Shown here: positions 1 through 10,072 of the stretch, piece by piece
Layout: each line of letters opens with the position of its first letter
Position numbering within the stretch: position 1 is the first letter of the stretch
Source: a virus
Virus record (IMG/VR): IMGVR_UViG_3300031957_002938
Location: 1-64,000 of that record
DNA: 64,000 bases
Direction: 5' to 3' (one strand)
The notes under the pieces: generated by a model
What the model was told of the DNA's origin: nothing
The model's database searches: none
What the model saw: only the letters and a program-made list of their open reading frames with translations
Translations under genes and position numbers: made by a program

Positions 1-57
1 GTCATCTAACAATACGTGACCTCTGCTTCTGGCAATACATGCATAAGGAATTCTCAT
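1..57 (-). CDS. Partial CDS running off the window start (MRIPYACIARSRGHVLLDD...)
   Basis: ATG at 57, immediately after the stop of 59..367; open to the window edge. Confidence 0.5.
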   Translation of the reverse strand, partial: MRIPYACIARSRGHVLLDD

Positions 58-58
58 T

Positions 59-367
59 TTAATAGGTTTTGTGTTTTTTTTGTATGTATCCTTCTAAGTC
101 TATGTCTTTGCCCAAAATAGCATCTTTGATAATTTTGACTATCTTCTCGTCAATCTCGTCAATCAAAACATTCCTTTGAGCATTTAGATCACAACATTTC
201 TTAATAGAGGTAAAAAGATCTTGTTGTTTTTCTTCAGTCGAAGTGTATTTTTCTTTAAACTCTTCAAATGAACATTTCCTAACCTCGTATAAAAACTCTT
301 GATTATTCCACATTTTCATATCGACAGTTATAAGCTTGTCTATAATTGAACCTAATGTATCAGCCAT
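59..367 (-). CDS. Hypothetical protein, DUF4254-like, associated with glycosyltransferase loci
   Basis: TLGSIIDKLITVDMKMW and LNAQRNVLIDEID motifs; co-oriented with GT genes. Confidence 0.55.
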   Translation of the reverse strand: MADTLGSIIDKLITVDMKMWNNQEFLYEVRKCSFEEFKEKYTSTEEKQQDLFTSIKKCCDLNAQRNVLIDEIDEKIVKIIKDAILGKDIDLEGYIQKKHKTY

Positions 368-770
368 TTTTAAATTTCATTGTGTAATATTTTTTATTCT
401 TATCTTTTATTATAAAGCCAAAATTATTATATAGCTTTATAGCAGCCGTGTTAGTTTTATCTACTGTTAATTGTATATCGTTTTCCACATGCGTCAATAA
501 AACTGCCATAATTATTTTGCCATATCCTTTACTTCGATACTCGGGAGCTACATAAATTCCCAACCAAATTATACCGTCTTCTGGGTCAAGATGGCCATAG
601 CCAATAGGCTCTCCTTTTTCGTAAATTAAAAAAGTAAATAAATGATTTTCTATGCAAGAAAAATCTCTATTATCGAAATAACGGAACGTATTAGAATTGT
701 CCTTTATAGTAAATAATTTTTTTACTTGTGCTTCAGAGGGAGATGTGACTATTTTCATACAATAATCCAT
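360..770 (-). CDS. GNAT-family N-acetyltransferase
   Basis: Motif A VAPEYRSKGYGK and motif B NTAAIKLYNNFGF. Confidence 0.85.
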   Translation of the reverse strand: MDYCMKIVTSPSEAQVKKLFTIKDNSNTFRYFDNRDFSCIENHLFTFLIYEKGEPIGYGHLDPEDGIIWLGIYVAPEYRSKGYGKIIMAVLLTHVENDIQLTVDKTNTAAIKLYNNFGFIIKDKNKKYYTMKFKNG

Positions 771-1435
771 TTTTTTCTACTAGAAAGAATATTAGGTTTC
801 ACACTATTGTGGTGAAACAGTGAAATATTTTTAGTATCTAAATGCTCGGAATAACATCTTATGCAACTTTCTATGCAGTGAAACTCTTTTGCATTTTCAA
901 TTACTTTACCATAATGAAAAATACTCTCGGTAATATCATTTTTAATTATTTTGTAATCGCTTTCGATGTCGATTTTAAATCCTCTTTCAGTATCATCATG
1001 AACAAAAATATAATCTTCACCTAATGGGTTCAACTTTTCGAAAACTCTTTGTTCTTCTTTAGTATCCCTATCAATTCTAAATCCATCAAATCTTTCCTCA
1101 TAAGAGACTCCAGCTATTTCGTAAAAATATACATCACATGTTTTGTTTCTAGGTATATTACAAAATCCAACTCTTAAAAATTTGTCGTATGGAGAAATAT
1201 TTTTACTCGTAAATTTATTGACATATTCTATCTCTTTGTTCGGATCATTATCAATTGGTATTAATTGTATTTCGTCTTGAGTATATAAAATCTTTAAATT
1301 ATTAAGATACTTCTCTTTACAAAATAAGAATATTTTTTCAAATTCACCAGTTCTCAAGAAACTCAAAACCATTCCGTTTAAACAGATATGATCTCCAAGA
1401 CCTAAATGATGGTGAAGAAATAATTTTTTTTTCAT
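755..1435 (-). CDS. Putative glycosyltransferase-like protein (start likely ATG 1435)
   Basis: N-terminal HHHLGLGDHI (GLGD) motif seen in GT9/GT11-like folds; GT cluster context. Confidence 0.5.
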   Translation of the reverse strand: MKKKLFLHHHLGLGDHICLNGMVLSFLRTGEFEKIFLFCKEKYLNNLKILYTQDEIQLIPIDNDPNKEIEYVNKFTSKNISPYDKFLRVGFCNIPRNKTCDVYFYEIAGVSYEERFDGFRIDRDTKEEQRVFEKLNPLGEDYIFVHDDTERGFKIDIESDYKIIKNDITESIFHYGKVIENAKEFHCIESCIRCYSEHLDTKNISLFHHNSVKPNILSSRKKWIIV

Positions 1436-2283
1436 TTGTTTAAAACCCTTTCCCAAAATATAGATGGAGCATTTTCACAACCATCCCTGAACTTTTCATA
1501 GCCGACATTATTAAATTCAAGATAGGCTCCTATTTTTGATTTGTCACCTATAATTTCCTCCACACCGCATAAAATTGCCTCACCCACCATTCTGCAAAAT
1601 GGTTCATTTACTATAGGTTGATGGAAAATAGCTTTTGATGATTGCAATATTGAAGGAATATTTTCATATTTTGCCTCACCATTAAAGTTAATATTATCAT
1701 AACCTTTAAACGTTTCTTGAGGAGAAAGTTCTCCCCACCCAAAAATATCAATTTGCCTATCTGTATTTTGCTCCGCAAACCTAAGTAAGTTGTTTAAACC
1801 TTTAAGGGGATGTAAATAACCACAATAGACTACATCATATGTCTTTTCATGGTCCGATTTTTTAAACTTAGAAGCGTTGATAGGATCGTAGACAATTTCT
1901 ACATTGTGAAAGTAATCCCCATACAAATGTTTAAAATAATTGTAATGATAATTACTTAAAAAAAAATTCTTTTCCGCTTTAGAAAACAAAAGCTTCCTTG
2001 TGTCATCATCTAAATAACTGCAAGAGTCATGCTCCAACCTAACAGAATTAGGAGATTTAATAATCAAAGGTATTTTTGGAGGAGTTATTTTACTAATGGC
2101 TTCCAAATTGGAATTAACCACTAAATCATAAGAAGATAGAAAATCAGTAACTGATGAGTTGTGATGGTGTTCTTTTATATCAAGACCTAACTCCCTGCCT
2201 TTGTCGATAAGCAATTTATTGCTTACTTGAGCGCCACCTTGTCTTTGTTCGAGTGTGAAATCAGATATAAATAATACTCTCAT
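1432..2283 (-). CDS. GT-B (family 4 / Glycos_transf_1) glycosyltransferase
   Basis: GGAQ N-terminal loop, GYLHPLKG, and EPFCRMVGEAILCG (EX7E) motif. Confidence 0.85.
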   Translation of the reverse strand: MRVLFISDFTLEQRQGGAQVSNKLLIDKGRELGLDIKEHHHNSSVTDFLSSYDLVVNSNLEAISKITPPKIPLIIKSPNSVRLEHDSCSYLDDDTRKLLFSKAEKNFFLSNYHYNYFKHLYGDYFHNVEIVYDPINASKFKKSDHEKTYDVVYCGYLHPLKGLNNLLRFAEQNTDRQIDIFGWGELSPQETFKGYDNINFNGEAKYENIPSILQSSKAIFHQPIVNEPFCRMVGEAILCGVEEIIGDKSKIGAYLEFNNVGYEKFRDGCENAPSIFWERVLNK

Positions 2284-2302
2284 GCAAATGCATGATTATA
2301 CC

Positions 2303-3283
2303 CTATAAACCCTCTTCTTCAACAACTTCCTCAATTTCAGCTAGAAATGGAAAAGAATTTAATAAATCTTGATGATCAGCAAAGTTAGCATCATCCCAGC
2401 CCCACTCGCTTAATACTTCTTCATCATCCCAAGCCAAGGCTTCACTAGAAGTCATCTTACTTACTGGCTTTTTGCTCCAAAATCTACAAGACCAATATCT
2501 AGCCTTATGTTTTGGTCCTGGGTTAGAATCGCATTTATGACGCGCTCTAAAGTTCCTCCGTCTAGCAGGATCGTCTCGTTTGATTTCCATATTAGGATCA
2601 CCAAACTTTACCATAACCGTATTACCTTTGGGGCTTTTTACATAAACACCAAATTTCTTTTTGGAGCCAGAGGGTAATCGGAAAGGTTTATTTAAAGTTT
2701 TTTTTTCTGCCTCGGAGTAATCGATGTCTTCTATATCTTGATCCATTTCCTCTTCAGAAACACCAGCTTTTAAAAGATCAATTTTAGCAAGACCAAATTC
2801 TACCTCATTGTAGTCAACATACCCCTCTCCATTTTCCTCATTGTAGTATTGTTCACTGCCTCTAGCGATGTCGCCATCAGCAGCTCTATAAGATTCTTTT
2901 ACTTTACCCCCGCGAACCATTTTAAGAAATGTATTTACGCGAGCCATAGACCACTGACCCCTACTTTTCCCAGGACGGTGGCTGCTAGAAAAAGCCCCCG
3001 AACCTCTCCTATATACCTTTTTAAGTTGGCCAAGAGTGACTTTTTTAGAATATTTCTCGTTATGCTCTTTAACTTTATTCTTAAGAGCAGTAATAATTTT
3101 TTCAGAAAAAGTAATAGATGGAGCTTTTTTATCGCCACCTGCGGAACCTTTAGGATTCTTTTCAGAGCCTTTTTTACGCTCGGAGGGTTTTGCAGGAGTT
3201 TGAGCAGAACTGCGTGGTCCTTTGCGTTTAGCGCTTTGGCTTTCTAAAAACTCTTTAGCTTGGTCTGAAAAGTCGTATTCCAT
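2303..3283 (-). CDS. Basic two-domain viral hypothetical protein (DUF5824-like plus DUF5754-like)
   Basis: LKKVYRRG...HRPG...QWSMARV and KKFGVYV...VKFGD...RRRNFRARHKC...ARYWS segments; preceded by a GTGTAA motif. Confidence 0.5.
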   Translation of the reverse strand: MEYDFSDQAKEFLESQSAKRKGPRSSAQTPAKPSERKKGSEKNPKGSAGGDKKAPSITFSEKIITALKNKVKEHNEKYSKKVTLGQLKKVYRRGSGAFSSSHRPGKSRGQWSMARVNTFLKMVRGGKVKESYRAADGDIARGSEQYYNEENGEGYVDYNEVEFGLAKIDLLKAGVSEEEMDQDIEDIDYSEAEKKTLNKPFRLPSGSKKKFGVYVKSPKGNTVMVKFGDPNMEIKRDDPARRRNFRARHKCDSNPGPKHKARYWSCRFWSKKPVSKMTSSEALAWDDEEVLSEWGWDDANFADHQDLLNSFPFLAEIEEVVEEEGL

Positions 3284-3321
3284 CAAGAATTTATTACACT
3301 TTTAAATATTAAAAATGAATA

Positions 3322-4968
3322 TTATCCCTCACAAGAAGAGCAATTTAGTATAGATCTTGCTAATTCTTGACTAGGATTTGCACTCCTTTGATAATAAAAG
3401 CTTTTTACTCCCTGTTCCCAACCAAATATAAGCAATTCACTAGCTTGTTTTGGTGGGCATTTTGGAGACACCATAACATTTAAGCTTTGTCCTTGATCAA
3501 TAAATTTTTGTCTTTGGGCTGCTTGAATCACAACTTCTTTTTGAGAGATTTCTCCAAAAGTCTTAAATACAGCTTTCTCTTCATCTGAAAGAAAATCTAG
3601 ATGCTGGACAGAACCCCCTTTGACAAGAATAGATTTCCAAGTAGTCTGGGTATTTTTTTTCTTTTCTTCTAATAAGGACTCTAGGTAAGGATTCTTATAA
3701 GTAAACTTACCTTTAGCTAAATCTTTTGTAAAATAGTTGCTATTCAGAGGCTCTATAGAAGGAGATACTGCGCCTAATATAAAAGAACTTGAAGTGGTCG
3801 GCGCGATAGCCATCGTGGTCATATTGCGCTTGCCATATCCTTTTAGATGTTCTGGCTCTCCAAACAAAACAGCTAATTCTTTGGTGGCTTTGTCGCATTT
3901 TTCTGAAATAGTTTTGTGAATTTCAGAATTTAAAAACTTAGCATCCATGCTTTCAAAAGAAATCATTTTTGATTGTAGGTAAGAATGCCAACCTAAAACG
4001 CCCACGCCTAAAGCCCTTTGTCTTTTAGAAAAGTTATGAGAAGACTTCATGTAAGGAATATCTTCTGTTTTTTGGATATATTCCTCCATCACTGCATCTA
4101 AAAAGTAAGTCAAGGTTTCTACAGCATCAGTCTCTACCATTTCATCCCAATTTAATAAGTTCAGTGAAGATAAACAACAAACAAAAGATTCATCCTCCGA
4201 AGAATGAAGAAAGATTTCGCTACAAAGATTAGATGCATGTATTTTAAGTTTTTTATCCTTGTAGGGTTTGGGTGCGTTAGCGTTTGCAGTATCAGAAAAA
4301 AATATGTATGGATAACCAGATTCATACCTTTTCTTAATAACCTGAAGCCAAATAGATCTTTTCTTTTTATCACCCTCGACCATAGACCTCATCCACTCAT
4401 CAGTAATGCAAACAGCAAAGGACATTTCTTGTATAGGGTTTCCCTCTGATCTAATCCTAAGAAATTCAGAAATATCAGGATGATCTATAGGTAAGTAAGC
4501 AGCGAAAGATCCTCTCCTGACATTACTTTGTGAGACGACGGATGTAACCTTATCAAAAAGCTCCATAAAATGAACAGGACCACTAGATGTTCCTCCATCA
4601 GAAATATTAGCTCCCCTAGATCTTAAGGAGCCAAAGTAACCAGATGTACCTGAACCGAGTTTGGTTTGCATACCAACTTCGGCTTGTTTATCAAGAATAG
4701 CGTCCATACGGTCTTCGATGTATACACCATTACAAGATATTGGTAGACCTCTTTCTCTGCCGAAATTAGCCCAGACAGGACTTGATAAAGAATAAAATCC
4801 TCTGCGAAGGTAATCCTCGAACTTTTCTGCGAAGCCTTTTATTTTAAGATGTTTTTCAGCAGCTACTGCAATATCATGGCCTCTGATTTCAGCCGTTTCA
4901 TTATCTTGAAGATAACCGTTGTTTAAAAACTTACGAGCATCCTTGTTAAGCCATTTATATTTTTTCAT
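3322..4968 (-). CDS. nrdA: Class I ribonucleotide reductase alpha subunit (short, no ATP cone)
   Basis: SSP, ISC, RRG, SNLCSEI catalytic motif, AIAPTTSSS, DQGQSLN, KSFYY, C-terminal CSSCEG. Confidence 0.95.
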   Translation of the reverse strand: MKKYKWLNKDARKFLNNGYLQDNETAEIRGHDIAVAAEKHLKIKGFAEKFEDYLRRGFYSLSSPVWANFGRERGLPISCNGVYIEDRMDAILDKQAEVGMQTKLGSGTSGYFGSLRSRGANISDGGTSSGPVHFMELFDKVTSVVSQSNVRRGSFAAYLPIDHPDISEFLRIRSEGNPIQEMSFAVCITDEWMRSMVEGDKKKRSIWLQVIKKRYESGYPYIFFSDTANANAPKPYKDKKLKIHASNLCSEIFLHSSEDESFVCCLSSLNLLNWDEMVETDAVETLTYFLDAVMEEYIQKTEDIPYMKSSHNFSKRQRALGVGVLGWHSYLQSKMISFESMDAKFLNSEIHKTISEKCDKATKELAVLFGEPEHLKGYGKRNMTTMAIAPTTSSSFILGAVSPSIEPLNSNYFTKDLAKGKFTYKNPYLESLLEEKKKNTQTTWKSILVKGGSVQHLDFLSDEEKAVFKTFGEISQKEVVIQAAQRQKFIDQGQSLNVMVSPKCPPKQASELLIFGWEQGVKSFYYQRSANPSQELARSILNCSSCEG

Positions 4969-5939
4969 TAGAAAAGATCGTCAGCGTCAAATGTTTGAGA
5001 ATTTTTTGAATATTCCACTGGTCTTGAGTGGAAAAAATCAGTGGCATTATTGCCCATTAATTCTTCTTCGAACCACATTGTATCTTCCAACAATGAAGTG
5101 TCAACATCAAACGCCGAATGAAAACCAATTTTTTCCAAAGAGTCATTAATTCTATTTTTTATAAACTCTTTAAGAATATCAGCATTCAATCCTTTCTCAT
5201 TAAAACCATTAATCATCCAGTCAACAATTTCACTTTCTGCTGAAAATGCAGCTTTGGACTCACTAGCCACTCTATCTTCTAACTCATCATCAAACAAATC
5301 AGGATGTTCGCTGCGAATAGTATTTATAATTTTAATTCCAGCTAAAGCATGAATATTTTCTTCGTTACGAGTATACTTTACTTGCTGGCCAGTGTCTTTG
5401 AGAACATTCCTGTAACGATTAAACCAATTAACAATATAAAACTGACTAAACAAAGATACATTTTCTACGAAAAGAGTAAAAAGTATAATTGAATAAACAT
5501 ACTGTTTTTTAGAGTCTTTGTAAAACTTATGGTTGTATTTCCGAAGATATTTCACCCTGCCTTCAATAAAATCAAGCTCCAAGTTCTTCTCAAAAACATC
5601 CTCTAGACCCAATACCTTTAATAACCTTTCGTAAGCATTGTTGTGAATCACTTCAGTATTAGCCATTACATAGCCCAAATCAGTTAAGCTTGGATGTGGT
5701 AAATTATCTCCGAGTTTGCTCCAGAATTTTTTTACTGCAACTTCAATCTGACCAATAGCAGAAAGAGTCCTGATGACCATTTCTTTTTCGTCTTCTGATA
5801 AATTTACGTTAAAATCTTGAATATCACTGCTAAAACTAAATTCTTTGTCGGTCCAGAAACCGTTGTGCATTGCCTCAATAAACTCCTGCGCCCAAGGGTA
5901 GTGGTCGGGCTTCCTCGATACTTGTTCTTCAAAAATCAT
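4968..5939 (-). CDS. nrdB: Class I ribonucleotide reductase beta subunit
   Basis: Ferritin-like EVIH and EENIH iron motifs; DFF...PVEY C-terminus; adjacent to nrdA. Confidence 0.95.
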   Translation of the reverse strand: MIFEEQVSRKPDHYPWAQEFIEAMHNGFWTDKEFSFSSDIQDFNVNLSEDEKEMVIRTLSAIGQIEVAVKKFWSKLGDNLPHPSLTDLGYVMANTEVIHNNAYERLLKVLGLEDVFEKNLELDFIEGRVKYLRKYNHKFYKDSKKQYVYSIILFTLFVENVSLFSQFYIVNWFNRYRNVLKDTGQQVKYTRNEENIHALAGIKIINTIRSEHPDLFDDELEDRVASESKAAFSAESEIVDWMINGFNEKGLNADILKEFIKNRINDSLEKIGFHSAFDVDTSLLEDTMWFEEELMGNNATDFFHSRPVEYSKNSQTFDADDLF

Positions 5940-6012
5940 GGTTAAAATATTTTACACTTAGACCTGATCGAAGGCAAGCTCAAATACGATATTTAGGAAA
6001 AAATTTTTTTTG

Positions 6013-6040
6013 TTGACAAATAATCACAAAGAAGTATAAT
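6013..6040 (+). promoter_or_regulatory. Sigma70-type promoter TTGACA-N16-TATAAT upstream of the sigma/SSB operon
   Basis: Perfect -35 and -10 hexamers in the divergent nrdB/sigma intergenic region. Confidence 0.75.
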
Positions 6041-6161
6041 AACCGTGAAACGGGATAAACGTAATTCTTAGCTATTACGTTATAGATAAAGTAATACGTT
6101 TACTGTATCGTATACGTTTTATAAATATATTATAAAATATAATCAGATTTTTTTAATTTCT

Positions 6162-6773
6162 GTGGAAAAAGGAAATACAGATGATAGAATTGGTTCAGTG
6201 GAAAGCGATCTGACACTAATTTCTAAAATACAAGACGATAATGCCGATCAGGAAAGCCTAATAACTTTGGTGGATCGACATTCTGGGATATTTCATACGA
6301 TGGTTAATCATTTTATGTCAAGTCCTCAATGCGTCTTAGATAAAAATTTAATTGTTGAGGATAAAGAAATGACAATTTATGATTCTGCTCTGAATTACGA
6401 TCCTTCTAGGAACACTAAATTCTCTACTCATTTAGCCAACCAAACTAAGTGGAAATGTCTTAACGCATTGAACAAGAAGAAGAAAAATAGGGAGTATTTT
6501 ATCGACGATGAAAATACTTACATAGAGCCTAGTTGTGATTCATTCATTAAAGATATCAACAAAGAAGAGGCTTTAGATGTGTTTAAAAGATGCTTAGAAA
6601 CAGAAGAAGACGAAAGAGTGAAAAAAATAGTTGACATGCGCTATGGATCGACTAATAATAAACTCATCCCTTGGAGATCTATAGCTGAAAATCTTGATTT
6701 AAGCATTCAAGGGTGTATTAACATCCACAATAAATTTATTAACAAAGTAAAAAAAGAAGCAAATTATGTATAA
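6162..6773 (+). CDS. Phage RNA polymerase sigma70-family factor (start may be GTG 6198)
   Basis: Region 2 YDPSRNTKFSTH; region 4 HTH IPWRSIAENLDLSIQGCINIH. Confidence 0.8.
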   Translation: MEKGNTDDRIGSVESDLTLISKIQDDNADQESLITLVDRHSGIFHTMVNHFMSSPQCVLDKNLIVEDKEMTIYDSALNYDPSRNTKFSTHLANQTKWKCLNALNKKKKNREYFIDDENTYIEPSCDSFIKDINKEEALDVFKRCLETEEDERVKKIVDMRYGSTNNKLIPWRSIAENLDLSIQGCINIHNKFINKVKKEANYV

Positions 6774-7134
6774 TTCTATTACAGCCGCAGCATATCTGGT
6801 TAAAGACCCAGAAGTAAGAACGACCAACAATGGTAAAAAAGTAGTCAGCCTAAGAGCTGGTATCTCCACATCTAATGCAAAAACTAAGTGTTTCGTAGAT
6901 GTTGAATATTGGGACAAGACAGCAGAGATTGCTGAAAAATACTTGTCAAAAGGTAGAGAGTTTATTGTGAATGGAGAACTTTGTATGTCATCTTGGGAAA
7001 AGGATGGTAAAAAATTCAGTAAATACTTTGTTCGTGGAAAAGATCTTCAGTTTTTAAGTTCTAAAAAGTCTGAAGGAGACGGAGACGGAGACAATAGCTC
7101 AAGTGATGTTAAAGGTGACGATGTTCCATTTTAA
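6766..7134 (+). CDS. ssb: Single-stranded DNA-binding protein
   Basis: LVKDPEVR, WDKTAE..YLSKG OB-fold motifs; acidic DDVPF tail. Confidence 0.93.
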   Translation: MYNSITAAAYLVKDPEVRTTNNGKKVVSLRAGISTSNAKTKCFVDVEYWDKTAEIAEKYLSKGREFIVNGELCMSSWEKDGKKFSKYFVRGKDLQFLSSKKSEGDGDGDNSSSDVKGDDVPF

Positions 7135-8216
7135 TGAACTTAATATTAGAAGCTCCCTTAAATAGCTTAAGCTTTGGTAATGTTAGTTTTAACATTATTA
7201 GAGAGCTTCATAAGCTAGAGGTAAATCTGGCCATCTTCCCGACAGGTGAGCCAGATTTATCTGCTTTTGATATAAGTGATGATCTAAAAAAATACATTGA
7301 AGATGCTATAAACAATAGATGGAAATTAATTTCCAAACTAACACCCACTTTTAAATTATGGCATTTAAATGGCTCTGAAAACAGAAAGACCAAAGATCAA
7401 CATTTGTTTTCATTTTATGAATGTAGTGAACCTACAAAACTAGAAACTACGATAGCAGGTCTTCAAGACAATGTTATTTTTTCTTCTAAATACGCCCAAA
7501 ATCTTTTTAAAGAAAAAGGTCTCGAAAACACTAACTTTATTCCCCTTGGTTTTGATGAAGATTTCCATATCACTGGAAAAGAGTATCTAAAAGATATTAT
7601 CCATTTTGGCCTTATGGGTAAGTATGAGAACAGGAAACATACTAAAAAGATTATACAAACTTGGCTGAAAAAGTATGGGAATGATTCCAAATATCAACTT
7701 TCATGTTGTGTAAATAATCCTTTTTTAAATCAAGAGCAAATGCGAGGGGTCTGGAATGATATTACACAAGGTGTAAACTACAACAATCTCAACATCATCC
7801 CAAGATTAGCTAAAAATTCTGAAGTAAATGAGTTTTTAAATGCTATAGATATCGACCTCACAGGTCTATCTGGAGGAGAAGGCTGGAACATACCAGCTTT
7901 CAATGCTACTTGTTTAGGTAAGTGGAGTGTAGTTTTAAACGAAACCTCTCATAAAGATTGGGCGACTGAAGATAACTCAATTTTGGTTGAATCATCTGGA
8001 ACAACACCCTGTGAAGACGGAGTGTTTTTCACTAAAGAAAATGATTTTAACAATGGTATTTTTTATACATGGTCTGAAGATGAAGCTGTCTCCGCTATGG
8101 AAAAAGCTGAATCTAAAGTAGGACAGGTTAACACAGAGGGTGTCAAAATGGGAGACAATATGACATACAAGAAAACTACTCAAGCTATTTTATCCCTTGT
8201 TTTCAACAAAAAATAG
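7134..8216 (+). CDS. Putative GT-B glycosyltransferase
   Basis: GKYENRK and SGGEGWNIPAFNATCLGK (EGW/F..P) motifs. Confidence 0.75.
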   Translation: MNLILEAPLNSLSFGNVSFNIIRELHKLEVNLAIFPTGEPDLSAFDISDDLKKYIEDAINNRWKLISKLTPTFKLWHLNGSENRKTKDQHLFSFYECSEPTKLETTIAGLQDNVIFSSKYAQNLFKEKGLENTNFIPLGFDEDFHITGKEYLKDIIHFGLMGKYENRKHTKKIIQTWLKKYGNDSKYQLSCCVNNPFLNQEQMRGVWNDITQGVNYNNLNIIPRLAKNSEVNEFLNAIDIDLTGLSGGEGWNIPAFNATCLGKWSVVLNETSHKDWATEDNSILVESSGTTPCEDGVFFTKENDFNNGIFYTWSEDEAVSAMEKAESKVGQVNTEGVKMGDNMTYKKTTQAILSLVFNKK

Positions 8217-8246
8217 AATGGCATAATAAATGTTAAATAAGTAAGT

Positions 8247-8561
8247 ATGCATACATTAATTAACAACATTCTTAACGATATCAACAAAACAACTAAAACT
8301 CACCCAGTCAAAGAGTCTGGAGATGTTTATACAGCAGAATTTGAATTGGCTGGGTTCTCTAAAAAAGATGTAGATATCAAAGTCACAGATAATATCTTAA
8401 CAGTAAATGCTAAAACTGAAGGTAGAAAAAAGTCATACCAATTATTTCTCTACGATTTAGTAGCAGAAGACCACATCTCTGCTTCGTTGAAGAATGGTCT
8501 TTTAAAAATAACTCTCCCCAAAAAGGCGGTTGCGGAGGCAAAAAAAATAGATATTAAATAA
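8247..8561 (+). CDS. Small heat-shock protein (Hsp20)
   Basis: ELAGFSKKDVDI and ASLKNGLLKITLPK alpha-crystallin motifs. Confidence 0.9.
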   Translation: MHTLINNILNDINKTTKTHPVKESGDVYTAEFELAGFSKKDVDIKVTDNILTVNAKTEGRKKSYQLFLYDLVAEDHISASLKNGLLKITLPKKAVAEAKKIDIK

Positions 8562-8574
8562 TAGATATTAAATA

Positions 8575-8961
8575 ATGGCTATTTATGTTTACAGACATCC
8601 TGAAACCAAAGAAGAAAAAGAAGTCTTCCAAAAAATGGATGATGAACATGTTTATTCAGAAGATGGCGTTGAGTGGGATAGGGTCTTCTCTGTCCCACAC
8701 GCATCTATAGACAGCTCTATCGACCCTTTTAATAGTCAACAGTATATGGATGCCACATACAATAAAAAAGGCACTATTGGAGACATGATGGATCTTTCTG
8801 CTGAATTAAGTGCGAAGAGAGCAGAAAAATCTGGCGGCTTAGATCCAGTAAAGGAAAAGTTCTACGACAATTACAAAAAAGAACGCAAAGGCGCAGAACA
8901 TCCGAACAGAATTAAAGAAAAAGGTTACAATAGCAAAAATATTAAAATCGATTACGATTAA
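8575..8961 (+). CDS. Hypothetical protein with FmdB-like N-terminus
   Basis: MAIYVY...EVFQKM pattern, lacking the Zn cysteines. Confidence 0.45.
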   Translation: MAIYVYRHPETKEEKEVFQKMDDEHVYSEDGVEWDRVFSVPHASIDSSIDPFNSQQYMDATYNKKGTIGDMMDLSAELSAKRAEKSGGLDPVKEKFYDNYKKERKGAEHPNRIKEKGYNSKNIKIDYD

Positions 8962-8973
8962 TAGTTGCTCGCG

Positions 8974-10071
8974 CTAAACATAGGCGCTCCCGCTAAACCT
9001 TAATCCTTTCTCTTCTGTGACTGTAAAACTAAAACTTGCGTCAAAAGTCATTTTATCATTTATGGGCATTCCATAATTATAAGAGTCTAGTTTAGCTTCT
9101 TGTATTTCATATATCATTTTTTTGTCTCCTGAAGCCAATACTAACTCAAAGTCATACTTTCTGTCATTGCTTAAAACACCTGTTACAAATCCCTCATCAA
9201 ATCCCGAAACTAAAGAAGAAACTGAAAAAGTTCCTTGAGCTGGGAATTGAGCTTTTCTGTTATAAGGAAAATCATTACCTAATCCATATGATGAAACTCT
9301 AGGAAGTGAGACTTGCATATCTACAGCTTGTATAAAGTGTATCCCAGATAAACGTTGTCCTCCTACTTGCAAATTTTGCAAAGTAACGCTACTTTGAGGA
9401 TCTGTAGGATTAATTATCGGGGGATTTCTATCTCTTGTTGATTGAGGATCAATTTGAAACGAACATCTTCCAACATTATCATTATTACCTCCAGTTAAAT
9501 TTATAGCTGGAGACTCCATAGAAGTTCCTGTCAGGTGTTCGAAAACCATATTAGAACAAATATAACTAGTAGTTACAGAAGGCAACGTCCCTATCCCATA
9601 AGACAAACTATAAGAAGTAGGGAAACAATTTCCAAAAGCCATACAATCAAAGCCTGTTAAATTGAACTGGCTTCCGTCAAATGTGATGGAATCAAAAGCA
9701 TCAGTATTCCCAGTTTCAGGAGTGTTAACTACATAAAAGTTTGTCGCTCTTTCAGAAACACCTGAAAACATATTTTTATATGGTGGACCTGCTAATGAAG
9801 CGCTTTTAAAGTTACCAAAAGCTTCATTGTCAAAAGAGGGTTCTGGTATATAAGTGAAATTCAACTGCACATCAGGCTGTTGTGTCATCTCTTTTAGAGA
9901 TAAATCTTGACTCCCTATTTGTTTCAATTCTTGTCTGGGCAAACTAACGGAATAACTAAAATTCTGAACCAGTTTATACAAAACAACATCTAAATTCAAT
10001 TCAGAAAAAGATACTCCGTTCTGTACAAATACAGCAGCGTTTGGGCTTTTTATTGATACTCCTCTACTCAT
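8974..10071 (-). CDS. Tail tube-like minor tail protein
   Basis: Shares VQ..YS...R....Q.G and Q......LPR....LG...FP blocks with 22296..23393; downstream of the tape measure. Confidence 0.65.
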   Translation of the reverse strand: MSRGVSIKSPNAAVFVQNGVSFSELNLDVVLYKLVQNFSYSVSLPRQELKQIGSQDLSLKEMTQQPDVQLNFTYIPEPSFDNEAFGNFKSASLAGPPYKNMFSGVSERATNFYVVNTPETGNTDAFDSITFDGSQFNLTGFDCMAFGNCFPTSYSLSYGIGTLPSVTTSYICSNMVFEHLTGTSMESPAINLTGGNNDNVGRCSFQIDPQSTRDRNPPIINPTDPQSSVTLQNLQVGGQRLSGIHFIQAVDMQVSLPRVSSYGLGNDFPYNRKAQFPAQGTFSVSSLVSGFDEGFVTGVLSNDRKYDFELVLASGDKKMIYEIQEAKLDSYNYGMPINDKMTFDASFSFTVTEEKGLRFSGSAYV

Positions 10072-10072
10072 T

